From contig JAQGDQ010000496.1 in assembly GCA_030141605.1 (NCBI GenBank), positions 100,118-164,117 of the forward strand: a stretch of DNA of 64,000 nt, written 5' to 3'. Position numbers and translations under genes: made by a program. The notes below the pieces were generated by a model. It was not told where the DNA came from, did no database searches, and saw nothing but the letters and a program-made list of their open reading frames with translations. Origin of the DNA: Tubiluchus corallicola. Its lineage: Eukaryota > Animalia > Priapulida. Positions 15,301 to 37,548 of this stretch are shown one piece after another (position 1 is the first letter of the stretch; every line of letters begins with the position of its first letter).

Positions 15301-18300
15301 CTTTCATTAGATTAAAACAAAATTTTGTAATACACTGCACATGTTGTACTAATTATTTACGATCTTAGTTTTGTGAGAATTTTCAAAGCCATTTTCCTTT
15401 ATAAAAAGTAAAACTATCACAAAAGCAAAGCAGTAAGTAGTTAGCACACATCTAATGTCCAGTATAGCTTGTCATGATATAAGCTTATGGGCAAAGAAAT
15501 AATACAAGGAATGTGGACTGAAAACCTGAGTGCAATTTATTTTACAATTTCAGCAAAATGATTTTAGTAAAATTATTTAAGCTGATAAAGAATTTTATAG
15601 AATGCTTTCTATATCTTCACTGATTAACTATTTTCATTTATAGCAAGCTGATTTTATGGATAAACAACTTTAACTTATGTCAAGCCATGTTAAAACTATG
15701 CTACCAGAGTACCTTGAACTATTCTACCTGCATTTTTCAGAAATGAGACTAAACCATATTAGACAATGTATGACATAATTTTTAGCAGAAATTACCCCAT
15801 ATCAAAAGTTAATACAGTACATAAAATCAGGACAGTAAAACAAAATGTATAGAAATGATGATGTTTGTTCCCTATTAGTTGAAGGTAATGAAATCACTTC
15901 AAAATGACTCACCTCTCCAGTCGCGTTATTACCAATAATAGCAGCTCCCAGTTTGCCTTGTTCTTTGTAATGACCATCAATGCTGGAAAACAAGTCATAT
16001 ATTATAGGTTTATTTTGGAACGCACAAGCGCTTGAAAAATTTGGCAAGGCAAAACTCAAAATTCAAAATATTATATATAATTTCAATACTAGCTTAGCAG
16101 AAATAATAATCGCAGAGAAAATATCTGCTTTCAGAATTATTCACTTTTAAAATCATTCATTTTCAGTAACAATCATTTCTGAAATCATTCACTTTCAACT
16201 TATTCTTCATGCCGTTCGCTTTCAAATTCATCAACTTTCGTTCTGTTTCAAAGTCACTAATTTTCAACATCATTCACTTTCAAAGTTCATTCACTATCAT
16301 CTCCTTTTCATATGATTCTCTTTTAAATTCATAAATTTACTTTCAGTATCATTCTCCACACAGCTAGAAACGAGGCTCAGCACAAACTGGCATGTACAAC
16401 TGTACACGTTATAGTATCATACGTACAATTTAAAGCAGTGGACGGCAGTTGCATGTTTAACGGTCATTGCTGATCCTTGACCCGTATTTTTGGCACTAGC
16501 TTTAGAAGCACTTGAATCAGTTTCTGCAACACATATATACAACTAACATTAGCCAATATGAAATGCTGACAGATTCTCGGCAGGCTAGCAGGTATAGCTA
16601 TTAGAAATACTTGAAATGCAGTTTGTTCATTATATTCAACCCAGCACTAGGCACTGTAACAAGCTAATTTTATTGATAAACAATTTTCTAACATATAAAT
16701 TTACATTAGTAGGACTTCAAACTCGATGATGAGAAAAGCAACATTGTATTCTGAAAGAGAAGCCCAGTACACCAAGAATGAGGTTTGGCATGGAAAGTGT
16801 AGGTGCTAGTGACACCTGGTGAACATTTTCGAAATCTTTTTAGTTTAACATTTTTAAATTTGTTGTATTACAGTCAATCAGACGTCAGAAGCCAACTTTC
16901 GGTATAACTACCTGACTTACCTGACCTAATTTACCTGTTCATATTGACTAATGTGAGCGATTATGCCATTTTTTTCATTCTGATAAACATAATAATTTTT
17001 TGTGATCCAGGAAGCCATTTTAGTCACCAAATTGTAAATTTTGTGAATTCAGATTCTATTAACTTTCTCTTATAAATTAATGTAAGCATTAACTATTTTT
17101 GCTATAAGTTAGAAACATATTAGGTGATACACATTATATTTTTGTAAAACTTCTGTAAATTCCCATTTTCACCTATTAATCTGTTAATTACTTCTTTGTT
17201 GTTGCTTAGAACCACTTTTTTATACTGAATAAATTAATTTCAGGTTTATCCCACCAGGCAGCGCCGGACTTAGCTTTTCTTTTGAATGTTTTACCTGGGC
17301 ACAGGTATTGTAGTTTTCAGCAGATGATGGACTATAGCAGCTGCAAAACTGATATGTAAACTCAGAATTGTCGTCACAATTTTCCAGTCATTTCACTCTA
17401 AACAAAACTTGCTCTTAATGTTTATTCAACTTCTTTGCTTTAAGAAGGCAACTCTATTTGCAAAGCTTTTCCTCTCATATTTTCCAACTGAAATCTTCAT
17501 ATTGTAATCTGTGAGTTCTTTCGTATTGACTCCTAATGATGCACTCCTCAATAACAAGACGCAGTTATAAATTCCATTCATCAGAGCATTGTCATTATAG
17601 TGTAATGCACTCTAATATCCTGTATTTAACACAATAAACCGTTTCACTGTTCCAGCAATTGATGGTGAGCGTGAAAAGGTCAAAGGTTAAGTGAACCAGA
17701 CAACGTACTTGTGTATACTTGAAAACACCTCACAGCCCATGCTATTGTAATAGTAGTTAAAAACAGGAATGAGAACTACGTATAGAACCTTACCTACTTC
17801 AGTTTTCTTGTTCCAAAGCAAGGTCCCAAGATCCCAAGCAAGTACACTTAACCTCTGACCTACAGCAACTACGTGTGTGCACAATGAAATTCTGAAAAAG
17901 CTTACTCACATAACATAACACACATGCAGGAACGTTTTTTTGCAATGTTCCGCAAACTCTCTATTCAAATGTAGAATGGACTTGTGTGCCTTTTACTGTT
18001 TGAAAACCCCAATTTATAATAGTAGCATTTCATAGCATCGATTATTGCCAGAAATCATTAAAGATCGACATATATGACAAAAGTGACAAGCAATTGAAAA
18101 AGAATATGTCACAATTTTTTCATTGTTCATACAACATTATGCGTGGTTTGTACTTCACCTATTTTTGGTGTAACAGCTCATGCCGCACAAGTGGTTTGAG
18201 CCATAGATATGTGTGTAGCCACAGATATACGATGTGGTGTGCCTTGGGTAGGTAGAAGGAGAAAAAAGATGGTGTGCCAAGTTGGCATTTTTATTTTTTG

Positions 18301-20773
18301 TTTAACAATTGATATAATACTGAGTGTGAACTATTTGCATAAAATAAATATTTATTTTGTGTTTGGAACAATATTTGCGAGCTGTAAATCTTTGAGTAGT
18401 ACATCTATATCAGTCTGTCTGTTGGGTACATACAAGTTTCCTTACCTGTTAAATTTGGTTTTGCCCCTTTAACTGTCATCAGTCATGTGACCAGGTAGAT
18501 GGCCAGGTAGACATTACTCTAACTTGAAATACAAGTTGATATGATGTGAAATATGTGAATTGATTTGTATCATTTCGCAAGTTATAAGTGCCAAAACTCA
18601 GGGAGACCACATGTAAGTGTTTAATTATCTTTGTTGTAACTGCTTTATATAAATAGGGCTATATCGCTAATATTTTTTGTATAATTATAATAGAAAATCG
18701 CATAATCTAATTTACTAATTTACCTGCATCAAACTTTTATTTTTTGCTGAAAACTCATTGCTGTAATTTATTGTTACAGATAAAATGGCAATTGCCTCAT
18801 ATTAAACATATTTGGATGTTCTGGGGTGTAAATGTAGTACACTGTTAGACATAAGAATTTCTCCAACCATCTGGTCGACAGCTTTTATTTTAATCCATTG
18901 ACATGATTATTTTTTCTAACAGCATGCACCTAAATAATTGCACGATATGACACGCATCATCACGAAAACAAGAGAAATATGTACAAGCCTCTGTTTTCTT
19001 CTGCAACAGAATTATGATATGCAAGTTCATGAATGCCAACAGTTATTAAATTAAATATCCGACGGGTATTGTGTACTGACTTCGTGTGTAAACAGTGCAT
19101 TCTCAAAGCATGTGGTTGCTAAATCTTTCAAAGATAAATTTCCCAAAACGTTTCAAAAATTTTAACATGTGTGATTTTTGAAGAAAATGGATGAATTTAA
19201 CACCAGGCCTTGATTTACAGTTTTTCCCATAACTAGGTAGCAAATTTACCTTGCTACATTCATCCTACATTCTACCTTATATGCAAAAGTAATTATTAGA
19301 TGCTGTAGCTCGATCATTTTAATAGCTTTGCGACTTGGGACTGTTTATCTTTATGCATGACTACATGCAAAAGCTTATTACCTTGGTCATCAGCATCAAA
19401 ATCTTTATGAACTTATTTGGCATTTGAAAGAATTATACACAACGTAGTTTAATAAAACTTACCTGGTTCTAACTCATGTTTCCGTGGTTGCTTAGGTGCT
19501 GTGTAAGTAAGACTGTTATTGCTCTCCTCAAGTCTTTGATCCAAGTTGAAAAGAGAACCCAGTTTGCTCCTAAAAGTGTTTCAAGAGTAACAAATCAACA
19601 AATAAAGTGGCTTGATAATCTGCTGACATTCAGTTTAATAATACACAGTATATACAACTTTTGGCTATAAATATACCTACTTACATTACAATTATAGGCA
19701 TGCATTTAAATGTATATACATGAAATGTTGTAACAGCATTTTGCAGTCGTGACACATCTATATTTGATATTCCATAAATTAGCCCCACCCCACTTTTTGT
19801 TGTTTACTAATCAATTGCTTTAAACATATTCTAAATCCAAATATCTTTTTCCAAAAATAAGACGAAGTATTTTCAGGTTTCTTTAGTTGCTGTACATACC
19901 AGATAACTAATTATGAAACGCTTTCAGTTAAGCCTGTACTTGTACTTGAAATCCAAGTACAAATTTATTGTACAAAGCTCAAATTATTAGAATCCATTCG
20001 CAGCTCTTTCAACAATGAATATTGGATCAAAATTTAGAAGAGTGAAGGTAAAATTGCCACGTTGAAAAAGCTCAATAAATGAAAAGTTTGCCAATTTGCC
20101 ATTTGACAATTTTAATCAAAGCTTAATATCTTTATCATAGAAAATACAGTGAAGCTTCTGACAAGTCACTGAATTTTCCAATAGGATAAACTCTTAATCT
20201 TTGAAACATAAAAGACATAAATCTATGTGAGTTTAGAGCCATATGTTCAGCTAGCTTTTAAGCCTCCAGTCTATCAGCCGTTAAATTATCATCGTTATCA
20301 CCAGAAAATGAAGCACTGTTTACTGTTCGAAGTAAAAGGATTCACAAAATTTTAAATTAGTGCCCCAAAAAACAGTTGCGTGAATTATTTATATGAAAAA
20401 GACAACATTGTAAAAAAACATTGCAGGTATTTCGATAATGTTAAAGATATATTACTGGATAATTTTTGGGCATCTTACAAACCATCACTGAGAACATAAT
20501 ATCTTTTTGCTGCCTGAACTATTTGATACAAAATGAATTAGTTGATTGCGTTTGAAATTTTAGGACTGCCAACCAGCTGTAATTGGTGACCAAATTTAGT
20601 CAGCACACCTTAGCCTTCTAGAATATCAACAAAATCACAAAACTGTAAATGCTTATCTCCTCAGAAGAAATTTAGCGATTCAAGTGTTACTTTTCTTAAA
20701 TGGTCTGTTTGTATAGCAAAACCGGTACTTACTTGCCCGCCAATGAAAAGTCGTCATCATCTTCTGAAAACAT
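5..20773 (-). CDS. FKBP15: FK506-binding protein 15 (FKBP15/WAFL) orthologue, 15 coding exons, 3'-partial
   Basis: Phase-consistent GT-AG exons in transcript order: 20773-20733 (MFSEDDDDFSLAG), 19569-19463 (SKLGSLFNLDQ..LTYTAPKQPRK), 16523-16427 (..HATAVHCFK), 15982-15913 (IDGHYKEQGKLGAAIIGN), 15085-15011 (HKLLLYIKNQKPI), 13840-13742 (IQANNYASFYDIQGQNWCI), 12315-12097 (ITQDLKIGTG..VKYSGWLF..FDSN..PFQFKIGSGKVIK), 9579-9436 ([41 protein letters not shown]), 8921-8796 (RTASLTEQL), 7921-7793 (KAKLISRMAKMG), 5376-5184, 4952-4783, 4073-3984 (MSESRNVNTELRLAIGKMQDKLD), 467-345 (ISGIQRLVQ), 99-5 (ENEKLK..EKISSLIEKN). Motif order matches FKBP15 as recalled: WH1-like domain, FKBP domain, Pro/Gln-rich linker, coiled coil. 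Confidence 0.95.
1040..2110 (-). mobile_element. Decayed non-LTR retrotransposon (CR1/L2-type) reverse transcriptase and C-terminus in an FKBP15 intron
   Basis: Frameshifted pieces DVLYLDFKKAFNLVPH, GIPQ, LYVD (YADD-like), LNNIEKWCEEWLLEL and WNKLP..APSVNSFKS lie in RT order. Confidence 0.85.
2913..3089. repeat. Near-exact direct duplication of about 70 bp, each copy ending in (TA)n
   Basis: aaaaactaatattagcttatttccactgtgattttcttattagttatattcaacgtttttagttatatata occurs at about 2913 and about 3014. Confidence 0.9.
3444..3814. mobile_element. Non-autonomous piggyBac-type MITE (371 bp)
   Basis: TTAA|CCCTTTCAGTCCC ... GGGTATGAAAGGG|TTAA: 11/13 terminal inverted repeat and TTAA target-site duplication (3440-3443, 3815-3818). 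Confidence 0.8.
6413..7560. mobile_element. Foldback-like element: inverted arrays of about 15-bp GGTAAAAATGGCACA units plus a second inverted segment
   Basis: Forward array about 6413-6540 and reverse-complement array about 7320-7490; segment about 6566-6613 is inverted at about 7504-7550. Confidence 0.7.
11585..11805. repeat. Diverged tandem duplication, about 125-bp period
   Basis: tcactggttt..taccata..ctgcttgtggtttcttattaaaaaac occurs twice. Confidence 0.7.
12838..13505. mobile_element. MITE-like element with about 55-bp imperfect terminal inverted repeats
   Basis: 12838-12895 (..tgcataacaaaatcatccataggtcggc) is the reverse complement, with mismatches, of 13453-13505 (gccgactatggacgattttggtatgca..). 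Confidence 0.65.
16125..16355. repeat. Degenerate minisatellite, about 17-20 bp unit (aatcattcactttca)
   Basis: Repeated variants of tcattcactttc/tttcaaa. Confidence 0.6.
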
Positions 20774-22461
20774 CTTGGATTTCAGCATCGAATTAGCATA
20801 CTTTTCAGATTGTTTTGCAGCACTAAAATGATAATCAGTCTGTGATTCAAACAAGGAACACTTGATTGGCAGGTAATTGGGCAAGTTGCAACTTTGTTAT
20901 TTCTGTTTCTATGATAAAATGTCCCATAACTAGTTTAAAACATGCAAAAGGTATACATTAATTTATTGATAATTGTGTGATGTTCTTTGCCAGCAAATCA
21001 CACGTATTTTTTTCGCAAATTAAAACTGGTTACAAACATCATCATCAATGTCAATTTTTCGAACTAATGAAGTAACTCTATAAAGCCATTTTTTCGTCAT
21101 AGCACTGGTGTCTTGTTCTCGTTCATTTACTCTGGCATTTATTCATTATGAGACAAGTAATGCATATTCCATGACAACTGTAAACGTATCTGTTAACAAT
21201 TAGCATACTACTGTGAAAAACCATGCGCTTGTACAGGCATTTATTAGTTTGACATGCTAAAAATGTTTTCTCTTGTTGCTAGATTGAGGAACGCAAACCT
21301 GTGACATTTTGCGAAGATGTTTTTTCTTTGTTCTTCAAATAAACTTATAATCATAACCATAACTAGTTGTCCTTAGTTAAAATTACTGTTTGTGTACACA
21401 TAGAACCAGGAAAAGAAAGGTTTAACAGTAATAAACTACCATCATTTCAGAAGCAGTAAGCAAAGATAATGTAAAATGTCTGCAAATTATTAGTTTTTGT
21501 TACAGTCATTTCAGGAGTAAAAACCAAAGACCAGGTAGTGTGTGCGTGCTTTATTGAAAATCAGTGGTACGTTTTTTTAATATTGTGATGTCACAACAGG
21601 CCACTATTGTAGAAAAATTGTTGAATGACTTAGAGGAACCAACGGAAGAGCATCATCTGAAACATAGCATGCAAACATACACAAGTGTGATAAAAGAGTG
21701 ACGCAATGCTTCACATTCTAAACTAGTTCTGCAAAATTGGGCACAATAATCAGTACTGATAATGGGCTTATTATAATGGTGCAACATGCATAAAGTTGTG
21801 TATTGACAAGAGAACTCATATAATAAGCTGGTGCGTCTTTGGTGTAGCGTGCTCAAACCAAGTGCTCTCCTACTGTTTAGTATCAATATAAATATTATCC
21901 ATTCAGCATAGGTTGGATATTTTATGAGTTTCATCATAGGCATATAACAAAATCATGAAACTCATTATCTTCCTAGTGCATTGCATTGATGTAAACAACG
22001 ATCCCTGAACTGGCTGAAGCCAGTATAAGCGCGCCATATATTCTTATGAAAGCCTGTAACACACATAGAACATCTACTCAACAAGCACGATTTTAGTAAG
22101 AATTGTAAAACAAAAATGTCGTTAGAAACTAATCCAGTAACGAGCATTCAAAAGCGTAATATATTATTATAAACGTCGAGTAAACGGTCAGCGGAAAAGG
22201 GATCACAAATTTTAGTGACAATTACCGTACGCCACCATTTACGCTATTCACAGAATACAGTTATGATTTCCCGAAAAGTAAACGCACCGCAGTTAAAATA
22301 AAAACCTTTTATTTCCTATTTTCCTTTGTCAGACTACGCGTTTTCGCCCTTGAAGATTTGAACTAACAAAAAAACCGAGAGGGGTCAGCTACTGACATAT
22401 ATTGTTATTGCAGTGCCTAAGGATTGTTTAGCAAATACACTTATAGATTTGCTAACAACTG

Positions 22462-22512
<51 letters not shown>
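22462..22512. repeat. (AAT)n microsatellite
   Basis: Seen directly. Confidence 0.9.
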
Positions 22513-23499
22513 TATAAACAATTCTCTAAAGTCAAAACTGACTAGCAGTAATAATGTAAAACTCTAAAGCAGGTTCTTAGAACACAAAACAAACCCTAGA
22601 AAACATTTAATTCAACCACTGTAAATAGAAAATCAACTATTATTAACACTACCGAATCTAATATACAAATATAACTATAACGTTCTGCCACTACATATAC
22701 AAACATATTCAACGATATTAACAAGGGAGTTGAAAAAATACTGCCACTTTTGAAAGGAATCTAATGGAAGACCAGACAACATACGTCAAAAAAACCGCAA
22801 AACATAAATATCGGTTTAACTCAGGTTCACTCAAACTTATATCCTCAACTAATCTTAGTTTCTAAAAAACAATTAAAATCGCTCCCTTTAATGCGATTGA
22901 GCCAGTAAATTGAATTGATAAATTAATCACATGGGTATTATAGTCCATCCTTAATTTTTAGTTTTACAATACCTGCCTGTCAAACAACTAAAGTAATTAC
23001 AAATATAATAACTGACGAACAAAAGCAAAACAAAAACTTGTCGTATAAGTTATTAACACCGGATTTGTTTTGGGGAACCCGAATCTCAATAATGCAACTA
23101 AAACAATCGCTGTTGTTGACTACAACACCGCGCCTCTTTACTGTTTACACATTTTTAAGGCAGACTTGCATCATCGTCAGGGTTACAACCTCGCAAGCCA
23201 GCTAGAAAAATGTTAAGTTATAAGCTAATGAGCACTACTATCCTATACTTCAAAGCATGTTTTATTTAAAATTATGTATTATGTAAATATGACGTGCAAT
23301 AGTTTTTATCCACAAAATATCATTATTATAAATAGTGCAAAAATTAAACCTTTCTAATAACGCATCAGCAAAATGCTGGGTCTAAAATTCTAGTTTACTA
23401 ATATCTAATTATTCATTGACACCATTGTACAATATCAATCGAAAAACTGAATGTGCACAATTACTTAATAGGTACTGTATGTTTTTTGTGCATGTTTTA

Positions 23500-24100
23500 T
23501 TACAATAAAGAAACGGATGGCGCAGAAAAAAATGTGCCAATCTTCAATCTTTAGATTATAACCATATTAAAAGGACTTGACCTACAAAGCAGAATTTTTT
23601 ACAACTTACTTGATATTAATGTACATTCACTTTTGAGTGTAAAATTTATGAGAGTAGAGCTTTAGTATTTTTTATTTTATGGCTAAAAAACTTTTGCATG
23701 TTAAAAAATTGAATGCCGGAATAATATCAGCCATAATCATTAACTGAAAAACAACCACGTTGACGTATAAAACACTCGATATACTTGACCGCAAAACAAT
23801 AAGGAAATCAAGGAATTTGCATAATGGTCTTCACCACAAAAAATAAAGCACTGACGAAGGTTTGTTGCTAGAAAAAAAAGGGATAATCCTTTGCATTACA
23901 AAATCTGGAATTTCCTGAAAGAGAAAGTTTTCAATAGCCGCACACAGCCATTTGATGCAAAGGAACTAAAGACAAAAATTACTGAGTGGTTGGATCAAAT
24001 ACGTGAGAAACTGGCAGCTGCTGCAAGAAATGCCTTCGTCTAGTTCGCAGTAAAAATGGTGGACACATTGAGCACGTGCTGTTGATTTTAGCAATAGTAC
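23500..24100 (+). mobile_element. Tc1/mariner transposase C-terminal remnant
   Basis: About 23902-24085 reads IWNFLKEKVFNSRTQPFDAKELKTKITEWLDQIR, then after a frameshift KNGGHIEHVL; this is the typical Tc1/mariner C-terminal W..LK..V and GGH.E motif set. The 5' boundary is uncertain. Confidence 0.65.
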
Positions 24101-24530
24101 TAACACAAAATTAGTATTGTGTTTTACTGCAAACACTGGCATTTAGTTTTTGCTTGTTTATTTCAAACTTCTATCTTTGGACAAATCCAGGAAGATTACC
24201 AAAAATTTTGGGTGTTTTTGAATAATCATCTGTAACATCAGTGAGGTAATTTTAAGAAGAATCGTATTTTAAGAAGATCTTCTTGTAACATCGTGATCGA
24301 ACCTCCAGCACAACTCCAGCCTAATATAAACATATTACAGTAACCTTGTAATAATAGAGACGAACAACCAGACACGATGAAAATAAATAGGGCCTATACG
24401 TTCACCAATTTATGTGTGTAACACTGTGCACCATAAACATATCGTGATAATGTTTATTTGATAACAATGTCTACGCTACTTGTTTATTTGTTCAGTTTGC
24501 AAGCTCTCACGCTTATCATTAAAAATCTCC

Positions 24531-24540
24531 TTTATAATAC
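24531..24540 (+). promoter_or_regulatory. Putative TATA box of the serine protease gene
   Basis: TTTATAAT about 55 nt upstream of ATG 24588. Confidence 0.35.
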
Positions 24541-24587
24541 ACCTCTTAGGCCTAGTCGATTATTAGCCTTCACAATTACGGTGCAGA

Positions 24588-32998
<8,411 letters not shown>

Positions 32999-34182
32999 AT
33001 TTAATTTAGTTATAATATGGCTGTGGATAGTTATAATATAGTTATAATAAGCCTGCATTAGGTTTTTACTTAACTGCTGTGCTCTTCTAGAATTGTTTAT
33101 TAAATTTACTTTTTTGACTGAGATTGAATGGAATTATTTAATTATCACCTTTATACCAGAAATTTTTAACTGGCAAAATGTTATATTACATTAGAGCAAC
33201 TTTCCAATAAAAATGGTGTCACGAAAAACATTTATGGTGAGGATTGTGAATGCTGTAAAAGTCATGAAGGTGTTTGATGAAAAAATAGTTTAAAATTGGA
33301 TTAATCATTTGTTTTTATTTAAAACTTAGCCCGACCCGTGTGAAACAAAGTAATATGTTAATCACCCATATTATACTAACTACATACATATAGAACTATG
33401 CATCTAAATCTGTGTGAAGTCATTATCTACATATTTAACAAGCAGCATGAGCAAAAACTTTAACAATGTTTTAAAAAATAACAGTCATTTTTTACTGTGC
33501 ACAATCTGAGCAAAGAATCATCGCTGAACAAACTGAACACTGAACGTTTTTTAGTTCGTATACAGAATGTTCACTCAGCGTTTACCAAGTGGTTCATCGC
33601 TCTCACTAGAATAATCACCGAAGATGAGGAAGCGCTATTTTGCTTCATCAGCTAAACCTATTCTGATTATTGATCTCTCTCACACGTACGAGGACATTAT
33701 GGCAGACAAGAGTGATTTTCCTGACTGTCACCGATCCTTTTACTAACTAAGCCTCGTACTGTTTAGATATTGCAGCAACCACACACTGTGACCACTGTCT
33801 TTTTGTCTCCAAAGGACTTGATTTTTATGTGAAACTGCTTACTACATTTAATTTGTGTATGCAGACGGCAAAGAGCGGCAACTGCAGACGAAAGAGCGAA
33901 AGTACAATGTTTGTTTTTTTATGTATAAATCGGAAAGCTTCTTTGAATAACTGTCAGACAATGAGTAGTACAGTATCACATGACAATCTTTTTCTTGTGG
34001 TGACCAAGAAAGGGCATAGGACAGCTTACAAGAGTAATTAATTGTTACTGCCATGTGTTGACAGATAAGTAACAACAAGACAAGCTAGAGGTCACAAGAA
34101 AGTAGATCTAATTTTCGAAATAACTCTAGTCAAAGACACTAGTTTAAACTATTAGGCGGGCATAGCTTTGAAACTCGCCAAT

Positions 34183-34187
<5 letters not shown>

Positions 34188-34281
<94 letters not shown>

Positions 34282-34303
34282 CCTTCCTTTCCTCTATCCC
34301 TCA

Positions 34304-34378
<75 letters not shown>
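34188..34378. repeat. (CT)n microsatellite
   Basis: Seen directly. Confidence 0.95.
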
Positions 34379-34470
34379 ACTCGTCTTTCCCGGAACAGTG
34401 TTTGTTTGTTTCAAATAAATGTAGTTTAAAAAAATTGGACAAAATTAACGAAGTATGGTAACTGTGCTAG

Positions 34471-34660
34471 CACGGCATTTTTGAATAATCCTGAGCATGA
34501 CACATTTTGAATTATCCTGAGCATGACACATTTTGAATTATCCTGAGCACGACACATTTTGAATTATCCTGAGCATGACACATTTTGAATTATCCTGAGC
34601 ACGACACATTTTGAATTATCCTGAGCATGACACATTTTGAATTATCCTGACCGTGACACA
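34471..34660. repeat. 26-bp minisatellite, about 7 copies (ATTTTGAATTATCCTGAGCAYGACAC)
   Basis: Head-to-tail near-identical units with no spacers. Confidence 0.92.
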
Positions 34661-35199
34661 CCTATCTATGGAGAAACAAATAAGTAAAGAGACGGCCAGG
34701 CTTGATTGCCCGAAATTTTAAACTGTAAACTAAGTAATGGAAGACCCTTTTTTGAATTGGGAGCCACATCACTTTTCTGCAGTTTTGCTTTGACACTGAC
34801 GTAAGCTCCTTTAAAATTTAATTTGAACGTGGCCTAAAATGTAGAATTTTTTGTGATGATCGGCGGCACAACAACTTGCAAAGGGAGACTTGCACTTAAG
34901 GTTTTTCCTTACTTTCCAACAGAAATTTCCTTAATGGAGTTCATATCATAAGAGCCGTAAGCTGAAATCAGACTTTCAAAGGTTAGTCTGCGCAACAAGA
35001 TGTATGTGGAGTGACCAGAACCTGGGTCGTTATCAAGGACATACTTCAAAGACAAGCTACTAAACACCAGCAAAGGTGTCACAGGCATGTTTGGATGCAT
35101 ATCCATTTTCGCTGAAGAGCTACGTTGCATGCGTTACAGGCAAAATTCTGTAAGATTTCCACATTGAATAAGGTTCGTAGGCATTTAACATCTGCACAT

Positions 35200-35715
35200 T
35201 TCAGGAGGAGTGAAAAAAATGTTCTTGCTGGGACATTTTCATACTTTACCTTTACGTTTGTATAATGCCTAGGATCCAAACAGAATGCGAAAAGTACCTT
35301 TAGCAAAATATACAATGAATATTTTTCATGTTAAATAACTTTTCCTAGATTTGTTGCACAATACTTAGACATTGTATAAAATGTGTAAAACGGCTGAGTC
35401 AATGTGTATAATTATGCAAGGATTCAAGTGAATTGATTTAATGGCATCTTAAAAAACTTTTATAGAAAATAAAAAATAACCGAGCAGCAACACGTAAATA
35501 ATATAGCAGTGGAACTTAAAATAATCATGGGATGAGAAGCCTGCGTTTTCGTACAGATGTTAAAGTCATTTATATGATTAACTAATTCCTTGTATTTTTC
35601 GTCACTTAGAAAAAACAGTGTTCGTTGCTGTATTTGCCGGCCCTTTGCCAACTCAGCATAAAATCGTTCTTTCATTTTAAGCACGGAGTAGTTTGGTGTT
35701 TCTGCATTCATCCTG
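35200..35715 (-). mobile_element. Possible Ginger/GIN (KRBA2/SCAND3-like) integrase N-terminal remnant
   Basis: MKERFYAELAK..FFLSDEKYKELVNHI followed by VKVKYENVPARTFFSLLLKC resembles the N-terminus and zinc-binding region of these transposases as recalled; degenerate. Confidence 0.4.
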
Positions 35716-37548
35716 TGTGTAATACAAGTGGAATCGAAGTACAAAGATTTTTGGATCTAGCACGAGCTCTTTTCTCAGTTAATGGTTTCCATAAGAAAAT
35801 CATGCGAAGTATTTACTGTTATCCTGGCCGTTTTTCGAAAAAAATTAGAATAATAATTTGTTGAACAGATTCATTTGTAAATTAGAACGAAATAAAACCG
35901 TAACATTGCAATAATCTACATAGCAATTTTTATTACAGGCACATAAAACATTTATGGTTAAAACCAACACAACTTTATTAAAGTTTTTGCATTAAAAAGC
36001 TAAAAGTTAAAATCATGCCAAACGCTTCGACTAGCTACTGTTGTCATCATCGATTAGCTGCTGCAGAGCCTATTATAAACTGATTGTATGTTTGTAAATT
36101 TACCACTGACAAATGACAGCAGCAGCTAGTGAAAAATTGGGTGCTGTTGTGGTCTGCGCAATGATCCAGAGTAACTTCGCGCAAAATATCAGTTTCATAC
36201 AATAAAAATCGTGTCCTGTGACAGCTATTAAATATAAATATGGGTAAATACATGTCCAGGCTTTACGGATCCCGCACTACTTTGTACCTGATTTAAAATA
36301 CAACGCTTCTACAACAGGTAACAGCTGTAAATGGAACAGTCGTGAAACCTGAACGTTAACTTGAAGTGCCAATTAGCTATTTTAACATAAATTTACGCAC
36401 ATAAGTAGATAAATCATGACATTTCCTAGAACAAAATTGACACCATTTTATTTTACTTGTACATTACCTGAAATTTATTTAACATTCTGCAAAATGCGTG
36501 GGAACAGTATATCTGAAATAAAAGTATAACATGATTTGCTTAATAAGACTTTTGCGTTATATATAATGCCTAAGAAAAGTGTAGAAGATTTAGTTATTTT
36601 GGATACTTTACCTGGTTTGTTTTTGGCATTCAATAAAATGCCTAAGCTTTATATAAAATAGCCTGATTCATACTTTGTCTATCTGTAACATATATATCAC
36701 AAAATCAGCTTCTTTAAGTTTAAGTTTTGTCTTTTCATTATTAGATGCAATCTGTGTGGATGTAACCTACGAGAATGAAAGTCAAGTTAGTGAAATGGAT
36801 GATGATAGCTGTCAATGCCACAGTTCTTCTTTAACTTTAAAGCACAAGAAAACCCGTCATAAACATAAAGCTTGAAAAATTCGTCTTGAAATTTTATATC
36901 ACTTACATACTGCCTTTTTACATACAGGACTTCAATCGGTAGTCACGCTGTATAAAACATGTAAATCTCCCGCGATGACCGTTAGACGCAGCCATTTTGA
37001 CGATATGTCATTTGAAACAATTTAAATAACATTGTGTAAAGTTTGAAAAAATAATTAGAACATTCGTAGCACGCAAGTCTTAGGTGCTATCAACGTCAAA
37101 TCATCTGAATACCTCATTTTATATCTTGCATAAATCTTGCGAATAATAAATGCATAATAAGCGTGATAAAGTCAGAAAGTACACAAGTGGTAATTTACAC
37201 AAATTTGCCCACTAAGTGCTGAGAGAGTGAGCAGCATTCTGAAAAAAGGGAAGACTACAAGTTATACAACCATAGTAAACTTTAAAAAAACGAAAAAGCT
37301 GTTAATACCAAATTTTGAAACACAATGAGTGGCTGGCGGCCTGAGCAATAATACATTTAGATACATTTTGTAACTTATAGCTAAAAAATAATATACCTTC
37401 AGAGATATGCACGCATAGTACGCATGCAGCTAATTAGTTAGGACAGCAACGTTGAGTAATTAGCCCAAAAATGTCACCGAAGTGCTCATTATTTGTTCAA
37501 CCATGCAGTAGATTAAGGTAGAAAAGTCACGTGAAAATGACCTTAGCT

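Noticed and set aside
17295-17340. Extra 46-nt minus-strand exon in FKBP15 intron 2
   Set aside because: Splice sites are plausible but it would frameshift, and exons 2 and 3 already join in phase; a poison exon cannot be supported without RNA data.
20774-22400. FKBP15 5' UTR exon and promoter near 22225-22400
   Set aside because: An acceptor at about 20823 and a donor at about 22224 are plausible, but the boundaries cannot be supported without transcripts.
34471-34660. 26-bp repeats as a CRISPR array
   Set aside because: Units are contiguous with no unique spacers, there are no cas genes, and the context is eukaryotic; this is a minisatellite.
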